Shown here one piece after another: positions 21,347 through 34,239 of a stretch of 64,000 nt of DNA. A program made the translations under genes and the position numbers. Below the pieces are notes generated by a model. It ran no database searches. It saw only the letters and a program-made list of their open reading frames with translations, and had not been told where the DNA came from. Source of the DNA: Eukaryota sp. TZLM1-RC (lineage: Eukaryota > Protista > Metamonada: BaSk clade); contig JAUPSS010000004.1 in the NCBI GenBank assembly GCA_040285825.1, positions 3,727,658 through 3,791,657 on the forward strand, given 5' to 3'. Positions within the stretch are counted from its first letter, which is position 1, and every line of letters starts with the position of its first letter.

Positions 21347-24109
21347 GTGGCGGTCTCTGAGCCAAAAGTCAGACATCCATTCAACAGACCTTGCAAAGGT
21401 CATGTGTATAAGAAGCTCGAGCGAATCTCTACATCATGGTCGTTTGCTATCTTCTTCATGTCAAAAAAAGGTCGTAATTACGCGCTACCCACTAGTAGGC
21501 CTCTACAACAACAAGTATATGCAAAATGCCGCCAGCTTCTTGCTGATGGTCTTGTGTCTTGCCAGCTTAATTTCTTCCGTTTGTTTGCAATTGTACATAA
21601 CTGCCCTGTACCAGCCACTTACGCTGGCTTTGTATTTCACAACACGAACTTTTGGGAACTTCTTCTTTCTTGGTTCAACACACACCATACAATGGCTGTC
21701 ACTCTGTTTAACTTCTTGTTTGGTGATCTTCAAAGGTACAACACTCTTCCTTCTTCATCAAAGAGTGACCCTTAATCAAGGGAACAGTACTTACATTTTT
21801 CGTTGCGGATTAACAATCCAAAACCATCTCGAGCAAGCATTTCCGCATACCTTCAAACGACAAAAACTCACCCCTATCGCTGATTTGGAGTCTGCTTTTG
21901 TTCCCTTTCCACATGGGTTCTCAACCATTTTATCTTCCAGAAACCTAAGTTACCGAGTGCTAGCGCGCACTCGAACTCGCTTGAGTGCGTTCAATTTTTC
22001 CATTAAGACATTGTATTTCCCATGAATGGGACTGCCGTGTTGACGAGAAGGTCCTCGAAAGACCTCGTAATACTTTATTATGTCTGTAAATGTGTTCATA
22101 AGTCAGAAGTAGGGTGACAAAGAAGTGAAACAAAACAAAGTGGTGTACTTGAAGATTGAGGATTGTATTTGTGGTATTTTGCATAATTTCTGTATTTAAA
22201 GAAGAATTGTTGAATACAAAGTAGTTAAATATATTTCATTTTGATTTAAAACATAAATTACGCACTCACCGAGTTCGATCAAAAAATCTTCCCACTCAGT
22301 AACTTAGCCAAAAACACATCACAAAAAATTTTGAAAACCCCGTATTTATTTTTTAAAACAAAAGCTAATGACTACACCATGTCTTCTAATGGTGACAGTG
22401 TCCGTATTTTCACACCCCACCCAAACGCAACAAGAGTGAGATTTGGAGAAGCCTTGGCTGATAAGAGATCCAAAGGGAACTTGATTACTATGAAACCACT
22501 CGGAATAGAAAACATACCTTGCAAGCCAAAGTTGAACGGCCAAGACCTCGCCAGAAACCAAAAGCTACTGAGTGGCAGGCACCTGATAATGAAACGGAAA
22601 TGGTGTTCTGGGCCATTGACCCCAACCACTCAATCTATGTGGCTCCAGCATTGAAACATGTTCAGGGCCAACCGTATCCAATCACTCATTTATTTTATAA
22701 GGAAAAATTGAGTCTTTTGAAGGAAAAACTATCAGAATGTAAACGACTACAATTTATTTCAAATTGTGACAGTCAATCATCTTGTTTTTTGAAAGTCTTG
22801 CCTATTTCTCAAAATTTCACGTTCTCAGATTATTGCTTCAAATACCTGATAAATCTGAGATTGCTTCAAGGAGAACAATTTGTGATATGTCCTTTGTGTG
22901 GTTATGGAAACCTAGGCTTAGATCACTCGTTTCAACGTAGAAAAGTCTCAAGAATGGTTACACAAAGACATGACGAAGTAAATAATTTTATTAACGAATT
23001 AAATAATTTTGAATCTGAAAAGGAATTTATATTTGGTTTAAATAAGCAGTTACGTGTTGATGGCTTTCAAACGTCAACCAAATTGCTTTTGATGTCACCA
23101 TAGTTGGAGGTTATGGTAATAATTGGACTGATGCTTTTTCGAAAGCTTATTCTGATAAGATTGCAAAGTATTCAATTTTAAAAGAATTAAATTTAATTAA
23201 CCAAATTGTTCCTCTCGTTTTTAGTGTTCATGGGGGTTTTTACACTAAAACAAAAATACTTTTGACCAATTTGGATGGAATCAGGTAGCAGATGAAATTA
23301 GTTGTATCATTTTGAAGAATAGCTTTAAATGCCACAGTGCTTTTAATTATATACTTCAAAAGAAAAGAGAAGATCGTCAATGTTGGTAGGTGGTTGTTTT
23401 TTAGTATTCAAGTAGTTGCTTCTTAATTTTCAATAAAAGCATCTGAACACGTTCAGGGCTGACCGTATCCAATATCTTCTTGGCACCAAAGCAACGAAAA
23501 ATCAATCACTCCCCTTCACTGACCCACTCATCAATAGATGTTTATGAGTGCAGAAATTGAACCATTATCTGCTTGAAATATCAACTATCGGTGACTATAA
23601 GGACTATGAAGGTAATAACGTAAGATGATCATTGCTGAAGCAGCAATTAGATCTGAGTGCTCGAAAAGCATTGAGCAGAAACACATTTGACTTCTTTATA
23701 AGAAAACAGAAAAGATTCAGCTCAATTATCAAAAAAGTGAAAAAATTTGCAAACGGTCGAGAAGTAAAGGTATGGTTTGGCAATGGAGATGGTGGTACAT
23801 CACGTCAAAAAGTGAAAACTCCACGTAAGGCGTTTCTCAAGTTGATACAATGTTCATTTGCTAATGTGAAGATCGAGAGATGAATATATGACATCTGCAA
23901 AGGTGAACTGCTGCAAGATGCTACACCAAAAGATCTATAGAGAAGTTGATGGTGAAGTTAAAGTTCACAACGCATATTTCAGTTGTCCGGAATGTAATCA
24001 AGTTTGGTCTAGAGACATTTCTGCATCACCAAATCAGCTAGAAATTGCAATTAGTGAGCATCACTATGGAACAAGACCTGAAGCGTTCCAGAGACCACAA
24101 AGAAACTAG
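21347..24109 (+). pseudogene. Full-span Fanzor1-type gene, frameshifted and interrupted by a non-LTR insertion
   Basis: SNGDSVRI (TDG-like), RuvC-I FWAIDPN (~22605-22627), VWFGNG, RuvC-II DEYMTS..NCC (~23880-23915), CPEC, RuvC-III WSRDISA, terminal RPEAFQR. N-terminal limit uncertain. Confidence 0.8.
22683..23437 (+). mobile_element. 5'-truncated RLE non-LTR element (distinct family D) with a 36-bp target-site duplication
   Basis: LRL...CPLCG...DH...RHD...LRVDG...FDVT motifs; ends CAATAAA. Flanked by 22647-22682 and 23438-23473 (30/36 identical). Confidence 0.85.
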
Positions 24110-24230
24110 CTTCAAAGCTACGTATTGTTCTAGAGGAGAAATGGGCTCACTGAGATTGGTGGCCAATTATTCGAGGATTCTAGAACGTCTGTGGACGATC
24201 TCACCAGGAATGAAAGTTCTTGAAATAAGC
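24110..24230 (+). ncRNA. Candidate Fanzor omegaRNA scaffold (weak)
   Basis: Lies directly after the Fanzor stop. Stems GTTCTAGA(24127-34)/TCTAGAAC(24179-86) and TGAGAT/ATCTCA. Confidence 0.3.
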
Positions 24231-24353
24231 TTGAATGATGCTTGACGAAAGTAAGCATTTCAAATGAAAACCACAGATAGTTACTCGTTGAAATAATTAT
24301 TAAACAGGGTTTTGTTACCATTGGGCTTTGCTTCCAAGCTATACCCTCAGTAG

Positions 24354-25004
24354 ATGCCCAACAATCTGCTTGATGAGCTCTGTACTAAATTCAGAATAGT
24401 AGCCAGTGATGGTTCAGCTATGCGAGTACCTCGTTCCTCTCCTGAGTTGTTTGATGACTGTTGTTATTCATATAAACTTGGCGAGTGGGAAGCTACTACT
24501 GGCAGTATTGCTTCGTCTGAGGGGCTACTTGAATCCTTTCGCAGAGGTTTTCCTGATGAAACCAGTACCAGAAATACTCACAGTAGCCTGTCGCTACACA
24601 GTAATCTCAGCGTACACAGTGTGCAGATGTATCAGTCAGTTTATAATCATCCTACTCATCCCCCCTTTTTGCCATTATCCCATTCGGACCCTAATTTGAA
24701 GGTACATTTCCCTTCATACTCACATATACCACCGCCATTGGTTCATCATCATCGCCCGTCACCAACCAGTCACAGCAGTTCGTCACTTCAACTTCCAACG
24801 TTTTTACACCCTCCTCCAATTTCACCTCCGGGATACCCCCAGTCTCAGCCCTATCCGTTGGTTGGTCCGCCGTTGGTTCCTCGCTCAAGTTCAGACCCAA
24901 CTTTACCCTTGTCCCGCAGTGGTAGCTTACGGTTTTCGCTATCTGATCTGGATATTGGTAAGCGTCGCTCAAGCCGAATAGAGGTACGGGATATCATTAA
25001 TTAA
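24354..25004 (+). CDS. Hypothetical Pro/Ser/His-rich protein (216 aa)
   Basis: ATG-initiated open frame in a GC-elevated island resembling the other host genes; no recognisable domain. Confidence 0.5.
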   Translation: MPNNLLDELCTKFRIVASDGSAMRVPRSSPELFDDCCYSYKLGEWEATTGSIASSEGLLESFRRGFPDETSTRNTHSSLSLHSNLSVHSVQMYQSVYNHPTHPPFLPLSHSDPNLKVHFPSYSHIPPPLVHHHRPSPTSHSSSSLQLPTFLHPPPISPPGYPQSQPYPLVGPPLVPRSSSDPTLPLSRSGSLRFSLSDLDIGKRRSSRIEVRDIIN

Positions 25005-25605
25005 AAATTCATTTTGTAAAGGTTAAAGTTTTGATGTATCATAGTGTTTATTGTGTTAATATTTTACTGCTTTTGTGCTCATTTTACCTTGTGATTAATC
25101 TATTGGCAAGGTCACTCATTAAACAATTGTATTACATGTGGTCTTTTTTTGATCTTTTTTAATTATCAACCTATAATTTGCTGCATGGAATAAATGTAGT
25201 CAGATTTTAACACAAATAAATCCATTTGTTATTTCTCAGAAGTTCATTTTGTGACAGGAAAAAGTGATCAAATTATGAAATACGTCTTGGCATGGCCAAA
25301 CAAAAAATGCCACGTTTGCATTTGTTTTATTTTACCCAAAATTTCATTCTTTTTTTAAATGCCGCTTGAATTTTTTACACAAGGTTTGTAATAGTTCTGA
25401 TTCTTGTTTCATTAATCAAGTACCAAGAATTTATGGCTTGTTTCTGGATGAGCCTTGTTTTTCCTATATTCAGGTGTCTTTGTTCATTCATTTGGCCTGA
25501 TAATCTTTCCCATGGTTTAATTCATAAATGTTGTAAGACGGTAATTTTTTAAAACATTTAATTTATTTTTAAAACTGGAATAATTATTGAGATAAAAATA
25601 ACCAT

Positions 25606-27840
25606 CTAGAAATCAATATCCTCCAAACAAGCGTCACTATTACTGAACCTACTCACAGCATTACGTTCATATTCTACACCAATTGCTAAAAGCGCCTTTG
25701 AAATCATTGTTGGAATAGACTTGAAAATACAGAAAACAATTCTATTTATCCAGAAAGTGGAGTTCATTGTTTTACCAGACCTATTCAGTAACACTTTTTT
25801 GAAATTTTCAAAAAAGTGCAACCCTGAAGGTCCAATATTGCCAAAATGTTGTTGTCGAACTTAAATTGAATTAGTAGGTTTCATTGTATTTTGACTGATG
25901 ACGTGATACTCGTTTATGAATCAGTTTTATTAATAAACTCAGATTTCTCTCTCTCCTTCGTGTGTTCATCTGCCTAACGGCATCAATAATTATTGGCCCT
26001 TCTTATTTCAGATGACTGTTCCCTCTGTTAACCTGAAGTCTCTTTCTTCCATGAAAGTTGAAAGTGTTCTTCTGTTCCTATAGGAGTGAAAGATTTATTC
26101 TTCGGTGACTCCTAAGAAAGAGCTTGTTCCAGCAAGACTCTTGGTCGATTCTTTTCTGTTAGAGTCCCTATCTCTCCAGAAATCCGACGGCTGATCCAGT
26201 GACGATGTTCTTCTCAGACATCTACAATCTGTCGTATCGTTCGCCATGTACGAAGATTTTAGTCTGGCTATGTCAGAACTGATGCTTTATGTCCGTATTG
26301 GTGACGTCCGAGAACGTATGTCCTGTTACCTGCGACGTTTTTTCCAGGTAAAGAATAGGGCTTCCGGACTGAAGTTGCCAGACATAGCTTTTCTGAACCG
26401 ATTTGCCAGAGGACTTCTTTTCGTAGGTATCCAACGTTCTCATACCATCGATGCACCGGAGAATTTAACAAACCCCATATCTCCCCTCTATTGAGCCAGT
26501 ACTGTATTTGTCCTCAGAAAAATGGGAAAAAGTAGTGTTGTTGTCGAACTTAAATTGAATTAGTAGGTTTCATTGTATTTTGACTGATGACGTGATACTC
26601 GTTTATGAATCAGTTTTATTAATAAACTCAGATTTCTCTCTCTCCTTCGTGTGTTCATCTGCCTAACGGCATCAAAAAAGAGAAATTGCAAACGGCACAA
26701 ACTGATATTTCACATGTTCCACTCTACCTAACTGTGCCAAAGATTCTTCATATTTTTTTATCTTCTTTTTTTCGGCGTTAGATAACGGCGAATCAACGGA
26801 ATACACTAAACGAGCAGCAGTATTTTTGCAAACATCAACTGAGACAACATCTACAACATTGAGAACACCATCGCTCCCTGGAGCTACTAAATCTGCCCTT
26901 CTTTTACCAAAGGAATCATCCGTTTGATCTGAAGACAGCTTACGTACTAGTGGCTCAATAAATGCCTCTATATTGAAACTTTTGCACATGGCATATAATT
27001 GGTCACGAACTGAGTCATGAACAAATGAGCGATAAGTTATAAAATACTTACAGTTTAAAAGATGGGAAAGCGTAACAACACTCTTGCAGCGACAAATTAA
27101 ATCATTTGGTAATGAACAAGGCCATAGAAAACATCTCATTCTCATTGCAGTGGTCCATTGGTGATCATTAAGTAGAAGGCCATAAATGTTGGGAATTTGG
27201 GAGATTAGGCAACTTGAGCAACTGTCTTCAAGATCAATAAAAAGGTTTGCAAAAACGAGATTTTTTTCCTTAGCCAAGCTAAGACGTACAATATAATCCA
27301 AGTTTTCTAAAACTTTCAAGATTTTTTTCTGCAATTTTGCAAAAGTCAGTGGTAAGGAGAGCAAGCTTCTTGAAGGAAGTTCCACAATGTCAGAGGGGAA
27401 ACATTTAGCCCAAATATTGGGTGAAAGAGTTTCAATTTCCTGTTGCAAAGAAATAAGATAAGAGCTGCCACAATTTTCAATGAGATGAATTTTTTCAGGA
27501 AAACGATTCACAGATTCATAAATAAAATTCTTTCCACCTCCAATAAAGGCAGCTTTACAAAGGTAGCTTGATTTATGAAAATCAACACCACCAAAATTTG
27601 TACCACAAAAAATGTGGCTTCGTAACTGAGATGCATCAATTTCCAATAATTTTGCTAAAAAATTGGTTCTTTGTTCATCAAAAATGCGACAAAACTCCAA
27701 AGAAATTGATGGTGATGTTGATCTCAAAATATGAGTAAATTTTCCAGAATAACAGATTTTTAGGAAAAAGAATTTCAAATGTTTCTCAATATTTAAATTT
27801 TCTATTGATTCTAATTCATTTCCAAATTGAGTCAACAGAG
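25606..27840 (-). mobile_element. 5'-truncated RLE non-LTR element, family C (related to A), interrupted by a small LTR element
   Basis: FTHILRS, LICRC...HLLNC, HDSVRD, RADL, VVDV. The reading frame FVPFAISLF|GNIGP resumes across 25847-26674. Confidence 0.88.
25847..26674 (+). mobile_element. 828-bp non-autonomous LTR retroelement (TRIM-like)
   Basis: Identical 139-bp TG...CA LTRs (25847-25985, 26536-26674), polypurine tract AGAAAAATGGGAAAAAGTAG before the 3' LTR, 4-bp TSD AAAA, and an internal stop-interrupted gag-like frame from 26012. Confidence 0.92.
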
Positions 27841-28155
27841 TCAAAAGACTGTAATTCCAACCCATTTATCTAATTGTAATCGTTTTATTACTTTTAGATC
27901 AAAACTTCATGATGCAGTTCGTGATCAACTCTATTGTATGTGTTAGTCCTACAAGATTGAATTTTTTTTAGAACCATTACTTTCAAAGTTTGGCCGATTA
28001 ATGTGGTTAACTAAGTCATTTAAAAAATTGATGGAAAATATAATCATATTTAACATGAAGCTTTGTTTTCTATTGATAAATTTTTGGGTTTTCTGGTTGT
28101 TTGTTATTTCGGAAAATTCAATCAATAACGAACCAAGGTTTTTTTTCAATTAAAT

Positions 28156-28769
28156 ATTTATTGAACATGCACACTTAATTAAATTAATTCATAACTAATG
28201 GGACGAATATCTTTGAACCAAGATTTCCTCTACAAAATCTTGATCTGCTTGCTGTCTAGCTAAAGCTCCTCTTATTCGATTGAAAAACCGAGGTAATCTA
28301 TTAATAATGGCAAATTTAATTCGAGAACGCCATAAAAAATATCAATCTTTTCATTGTTTTTTCTTGAACCATTTTTTGGAAGTCATTCAAAAAGGTTTCT
28401 GCTTCAACTGATAATCTTCCGTTTATCGAAAATGGGAAAGCAATAAAAACTAGCTGTGTATTTCTACCAGCATTAGCTTCTTCGATATCTTTGTCATATT
28501 TTCTATGTTTTTCTTTTGCTTTAAAATCAAGAGCACTCACAGGATTAAGTTTTCTTCTGTGAACCAAAGTAACATTTGCAACATTACATGAGACAAAGTC
28601 AACAATAACTTCAGAGTTCTTAATCCAATCATAGTATACATCACCTGTATCATCAGAACCAAAATTATTCAGAGAAAGTGTTTCCTTCAGCAGAGGCTCT
28701 TTAATACACGATATTCTTGCAGTTTGTGCCATATTGAAAACAGTGTCTCTAACAGCATCATGTAATGAA
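28156..28769 (-). mobile_element. 5'-truncated family B non-LTR element with degenerate TSD
   Basis: Matches the family B 3' region. Flanked by GAACCAAGGTT...TTCAAT.TAAAT at 28130-28155 and 28770-28793. Confidence 0.9.
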
Positions 28770-30281
28770 GAACCAAGGTTCTTCAATATAAATTTTCTCA
28801 ATGAAATTGCTACCGAGCCAAATAACAACCAATCTGTTATTGAGTCAGAATGTGGATCATGAAAAACACAAATCTTTCCTTCAAATATTCAAAATGGGCA
28901 CATCATTTCATTGAGAATACTGATTGAACGAAAGGAATAACGTCCCAAACACCATTGTCCTTTTACTTACTCATAACCTCTTTAGTGACGTATCATACCA
29001 CGTACTCAAGATTAGGTGTTCAGGATGTTCAGGACAGCCTTCTTGACTGTGAAATCATTTACTATTGGTAAGTTCAATTTGGACAACTTTTACTTTACTT
29101 TCATTGAACTAGACATATGAACGAAATTTGCCAGATAAATAGTTCAATTATGGGTGTTACTTCAAGTAGACTAACGAATCAATAAATAACCAAGTTCACA
29201 AATCAACAGTAGTTCGTATAAACATGGAGAAACTGACTGATAAGTGGAGTTATTAAGTGAATCTGCAAAGTACACTGTCATATTCAAGACATATATTTTA
29301 GCTTTCATGACTCAAAGAACTTCAAAATGAGAAAATGAAAAAAATCCTTGGTAAAATTAACTACATAACATGTAGGCTCCCTTTTCGGTCAAGGACATGA
29401 CTATCTGATTGTACCTTAACACAACGAAAGGGAAGATCTTTGAGGTAACAGCTCGGCCCATAGGATGTGTGGTTGACGTCGCCCCTCTCAACAGTCTTAA
29501 CTTCAACAACCTGTTCTTTGAGGATGCCTCTATGTATTTGTTTGCATGTACTCAATTCCAACTCTTTGTTCAAGTACAATGTTTGACACGAATTGTAAGG
29601 AGTACTTCACACTTTATTGCTGTTAGATGATTCATTATTTCCTGCAGAATTTGGTAACGCTCGATTGTTTGAGTTAATTGTGAGTTACACCCAGTTGACA
29701 GTGTTTGGCTTTCACTACAATTCTCAACGTATTTTCAATAATGGAGGAACGTCACTTGAAATCGCAAGTCTTGAATGATCTTGATTGTATTGCACAGAGT
29801 TCGAAAAAAGCCATTGAACCTACCTAGGTCCATTTCTGCCTTCGCTTTCTTTAATTTCTTTTTTTTCTCATATCTGCTGCATCAAGGAATAAATCAGTAA
29901 CAATTGTGTATATGTTGGGACATCAATTCAAAATAAACAACTTTTCTTGCGGTGTTATCCCCCTGTACATTTAAATTCCTCATCTTCAGGAATCGTAGAC
30001 AATGGACTTCCTAAATTACATCACCGATTAATTATAGTGAATACAATGATTTAGCAGGGCATTGAGACTTTTAGCTGAGCAACTTGTGTGTTAAAACAGA
30101 ATAACAGGAACAATGGAGTTGAAAGGCTTGCTTTGAATCATCAAAACTACTATTAAATTGACTGGAGTTTGTCAAAGAAAACCCCAAAACCTATATTCCA
30201 ACTGTCGTATAAAATTATTGAGTGGGTAATACTGAAAATAGACAAAAATATTTATAACAAAAATTACAAAAACAAACAAAA

Positions 30282-33261
30282 TTAATACATACTGAATGGA
30301 CGTTCAGCTAGGACATCTAGGGTATGATACAATCCATCAAGGTGCTTTCTGAGCTTTTTCATAAGCCCAAGACGTTCCAAAACTTCCTCAAGATCTTCTC
30401 TTGGCATGGGAGTATAAGCAATACAATTGGGAGATTGAGGACAAAGCCATTCTTGGTTAATTTTGATTTGTTTAACGGCAAAGTTTTCATCCCAAAGATC
30501 ACTCCAAAAGGTAAACCAATAACCTACTGCAGGGTGAGAATTGAAATGGTGTAAGCGAGCATAAACAAAATCTAAACCAGCCTTGTGGACTTGAGGGAGA
30601 GATTTGAGATGGGCATTATTTTCAAAATTAGCAAGGTAATATTCCAATTCAGGACGAGTAATTCTATCATTGTTGAAAACGTGATACCAAAAACCCCATG
30701 AAAGAGTCATTTCCTTGTTTCTTCGTTCACGCATCAATCCATTACGATACTCTTGATTCTTTTGCATAAGACCAGCGTATTTACGTTGAACATGGTAGGC
30801 ATTATCGGGATGGTACAGCAAACGGAGAATTGTCTGGTTGGCAGAAAATTCATGATCAATACCCAATTCACGATGGCCAACGACATGCGATTCACGAGTG
30901 AAGTGATGACCTTCAGCAGATCCTACACCATCGTAAAAGCGGAGAGAAACACGGAAACCAGCACTCCATTCAGATTTGCGGTTTCTACCAATTGATAAGA
31001 CACCTCGGGTAAACGTAAAAAAGACACGGATTGTTTTGGATTTGGGTCTTCCTTGAGAATCAGTTCCATCAGGAACGGTTTTTGATTTCCAGGCTTGATG
31101 GTAAAAGTAACAATCTTCACCATTGAGACATCTCAATTGTTGGCGAACAGAACGCCTGCGGATAATTTCTGGTGATCTATTGACTTGGGCAAAGGGAATG
31201 ACTTGATGATCTGGAATAAAAACAAAATTATCAGAATCATCATAGACAAAGACACATTGAAAGGGAAAAGGTTTAATCCAAAACTTACCAAAGCAAGTTT
31301 TACTATCATTAGAACCATTGTTAGTTTCTTCAGTATACCAATAAGCATCAATACCTTCAAGTTGTGATTCCAAGTAATACCTTTCAGCAGCTAATTGTTG
31401 AGGGATTGGAAGTAGAGCTTGACGGTAAGCTTCAAAACCAACGTCAGAAACAACATCCTTAATCTCAGCAATTCTTTTAAAACAGGCAGAAAGGTTTTCA
31501 TCATTAACAAACAAAGATTCCCAAAATTGTTGCCAAATTCGAATCTTACGCTCTCTAAATAAATCCCAATCCTTTTCCTTGCGAGAAAAATGAACCAAAC
31601 CAGTCCACTGTTGCCATTTGAGTTGACAACACCTCAATCCAGCTACAAAGAAACTAACCATGAGAAGTGCATTGACGGTGTGAAGCAGACCAAGTAAGAG
31701 GTCACCAAAGCTACTAATGAAGCTAATACCCAAAGTGAGTAGAATACCAATTAAGGCAGTTAAACAAGTTGTTGCACGAGCAGATTGATCAATTTTATCA
31801 TCAACACCACGAATAAAGGGGGTAGACATCCATGAAACAGTCGCAAAGGTGAATAAAATAACCAAAACCAAAGCATCACGAGAAAGTAATGTCACAATAG
31901 AAGAGTCTTTACCAGGAGGAGGGGTAATAATGACAATAGGGGCTACAAGGGCAAACTTAATACACATGATAAACACCTTATAGTTACTATACTGTCGTTC
32001 ATAACCATCATAAAGGAAGGAATAGGGACACTTATCCTTCTTTAAATCTTCATGGTAGTCCTTCTTTGTGTATTCTTTCCTGGAACCGTCGGCTGAGCAA
32101 AAGAGTTTAGGTTGAGGACGGTTTCTTTTAATCAATCGGTTACACAATATGGGAACAAAGATAGTGACGGCACAAAGAGAAATTACAGCAACTACAATAT
32201 GGGGAATATGTTCATCAGACCAACAAACGTCATAATTGAGATCACCAGCATTAGGGTGAAACTCTTCCTTGCACAGGATAATGGCAAGAGCATTACGCGA
32301 AACAGAAAGGTAGAGAGATGTCAATGCTGTCAGATTAATCTGGGCCATGATACGGGTCATCTTCTTTCTCTCTTCCCAAGCAACATTCTCGTGACCATCT
32401 CGAATTTCATCTGGATCGGTCTTAATTCGATACAGCATCAGTGAAAGCATCACAAAAGAAGTGATGGCAAAGACGTAGAACCAGATCAGAGGGGTCATCA
32501 TTTCTAGGAAACTTTGAACATTGAGAGCAATGACAGTTGCGACTTTAGTGAAGAAATTGAACACTTTTTGGACATTTTCACCAAAGGCAAAAGAGACAAA
32601 GAACAGTGAGATAATCTGCCCAAAATCTCTAAAAATATCAAACTTGACAAAATCAAACATAAAACGAGCAGCACCAGTGAGAGCAGCGATACTTTTCATA
32701 AGCTGATCGCGTGAAGTAGCATACATACTACTTACTGCAGTAAAATCAGGCTTGGGAAGGTTCTTGATAACATTTGAATTCCAAATATCCTTTGTGGCTG
32801 CAGCAGCTTGGGCAGCAAACTGACCACCTTCCCTTGCAACGTAGGAGGCAGCACCGACAAATCTGGGGGTGAGTTAAATTCTAAAGATCATACTGTGGAG
32901 CTGATTTAGCGGCAGCTTCTTGAGCTTTTTTAGCAACTTCGGTAGCAGATTGTAACACTTGAGCACCTTGTTGAGCGGCAGCATCGGTTAGAGCAGATGC
33001 ATTTTCCATGACCTGCTTTCCCGCTTCAGCGGCAACTTTGCCCCCCTCTTGAAAAGCAGCTGCTCCTTGTTGTGCAACTTGAGATCCTGCTTGCCAGGCT
33101 TGTTGTCCTGCTTGAGACATAGCAGCTGCTCCTTGTTGTGCAACTTGAGATCCTGCTTGCCAGGCTTGTTGTCCGCCTTGAGCAACAGCATTAGCACCAT
33201 TCTGCGCGAATTGTTGAGCGTTTTGAACTCCTTGCTGGAATTGCGGGTTGTTCGGATCCAT
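30282..33261 (-). CDS. Uncharacterised multi-pass membrane protein (~982 aa); two exons, intron 32863-32893
   Basis: A 31-nt intron GTATGA...TTTAAC...CCCCAG joins the Gln/Ala-repeat exon in frame (SAPQ|FVGAASY...MYATS) to the 814-aa ORF, which has ~7-8 TM segments and a large soluble C-terminus. Confidence 0.85.
33055..33180 (-). repeat. 66-bp coding tandem repeat (22 aa, about 2 copies)
   Basis: AGCAGCTGCTCCTTGTTG... starts at 33055 and 33121; encodes GQQAWQAGSQVAQQGAAA. Confidence 0.9.
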
Positions 33262-34239
33262 TGTGCTCTGGGATCAATGTGATGGATCGATTTTAATGAA
33301 GATGTTGATTGGTATCTTTTCATTTCATATGTTGATTTCATATCTTTTCATTTTCTGTTTGGAATATACCAGTTGCAATCCAATTTCCTACCCACAATTT
33401 TATATTGATGCTATCATTTGTATGATTGTTTCCTTTGATGGATTGTGCCCAATCGAGGTGTAGTCCACTAGTTTTCTCAATTCTAAACTTGTAGAGTCGT
33501 GTTTACTATTCTCAAAGGATTTCTATTACCGAAAATGTTATCTGTTCTTTTCAGATGGATCGTGGCACTATCATTCGTGTATTACTTACATGTCTCTGCT
33601 GAGCTCTATTCATCTGTTACTTATTTCGATAAACCTAGTGTTTCCATTAGAATACCATGCTCTAGTACTTGCATTAAATTTGGAGACAAACAGGTTTTAT
33701 GTGGCAATAATGGGGTAGCAATTGTGTAACTTACCTCATTTTTGACATTCTTGATTCATTTAATTCACCTCATTTCTATGCTATAAACTAATGTCCATTG
33801 GTGTAAAATGTTTGTAAACACTTTGAAATACAACTTCCTTCGCATTTTCTATGAACCGAAGACAGACAGTAGAAGCAGGAAATCCATTTAACATTGTTGA
33901 ACCAACGGTTCAACAACAAGAATAAAGGAGAGATCTGGTATCCTTTTCAGCTCTAATGATGAATCATGGCGCATCAATGATGATATTTTTTGCACCATAA
34001 TCAATAGATTACCAGCTAAGAGAAGCAATTGCGAAAAACAAACAAACTTGAATTTTGAAGAGCAATACTATACTGTTATAGGGTTCATAAAATTTCGTTC
34101 TATGATTTTTTAGTGATTTGGTAAGCTTTGTTAAGTTGTATTCAATACAGCTCACCATAATGTTACTGATGTTGGTGCCTTTAGGCTTAAATAGCATAAG
34201 GGCAAAACAAATTCACTTTATTTCAAGCTTTCTTTAATC

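Noticed and set aside
28880-30200. Possible decayed LTR pol/integrase on the minus strand (YVENCSE, TMVFG)
   Set aside because: Too degenerate to support by eye; needs a frameshift-aware search.
33499-33729. Possible small secreted protein
   Set aside because: Has a signal-like segment but is short, with no supported downstream exon or domain.
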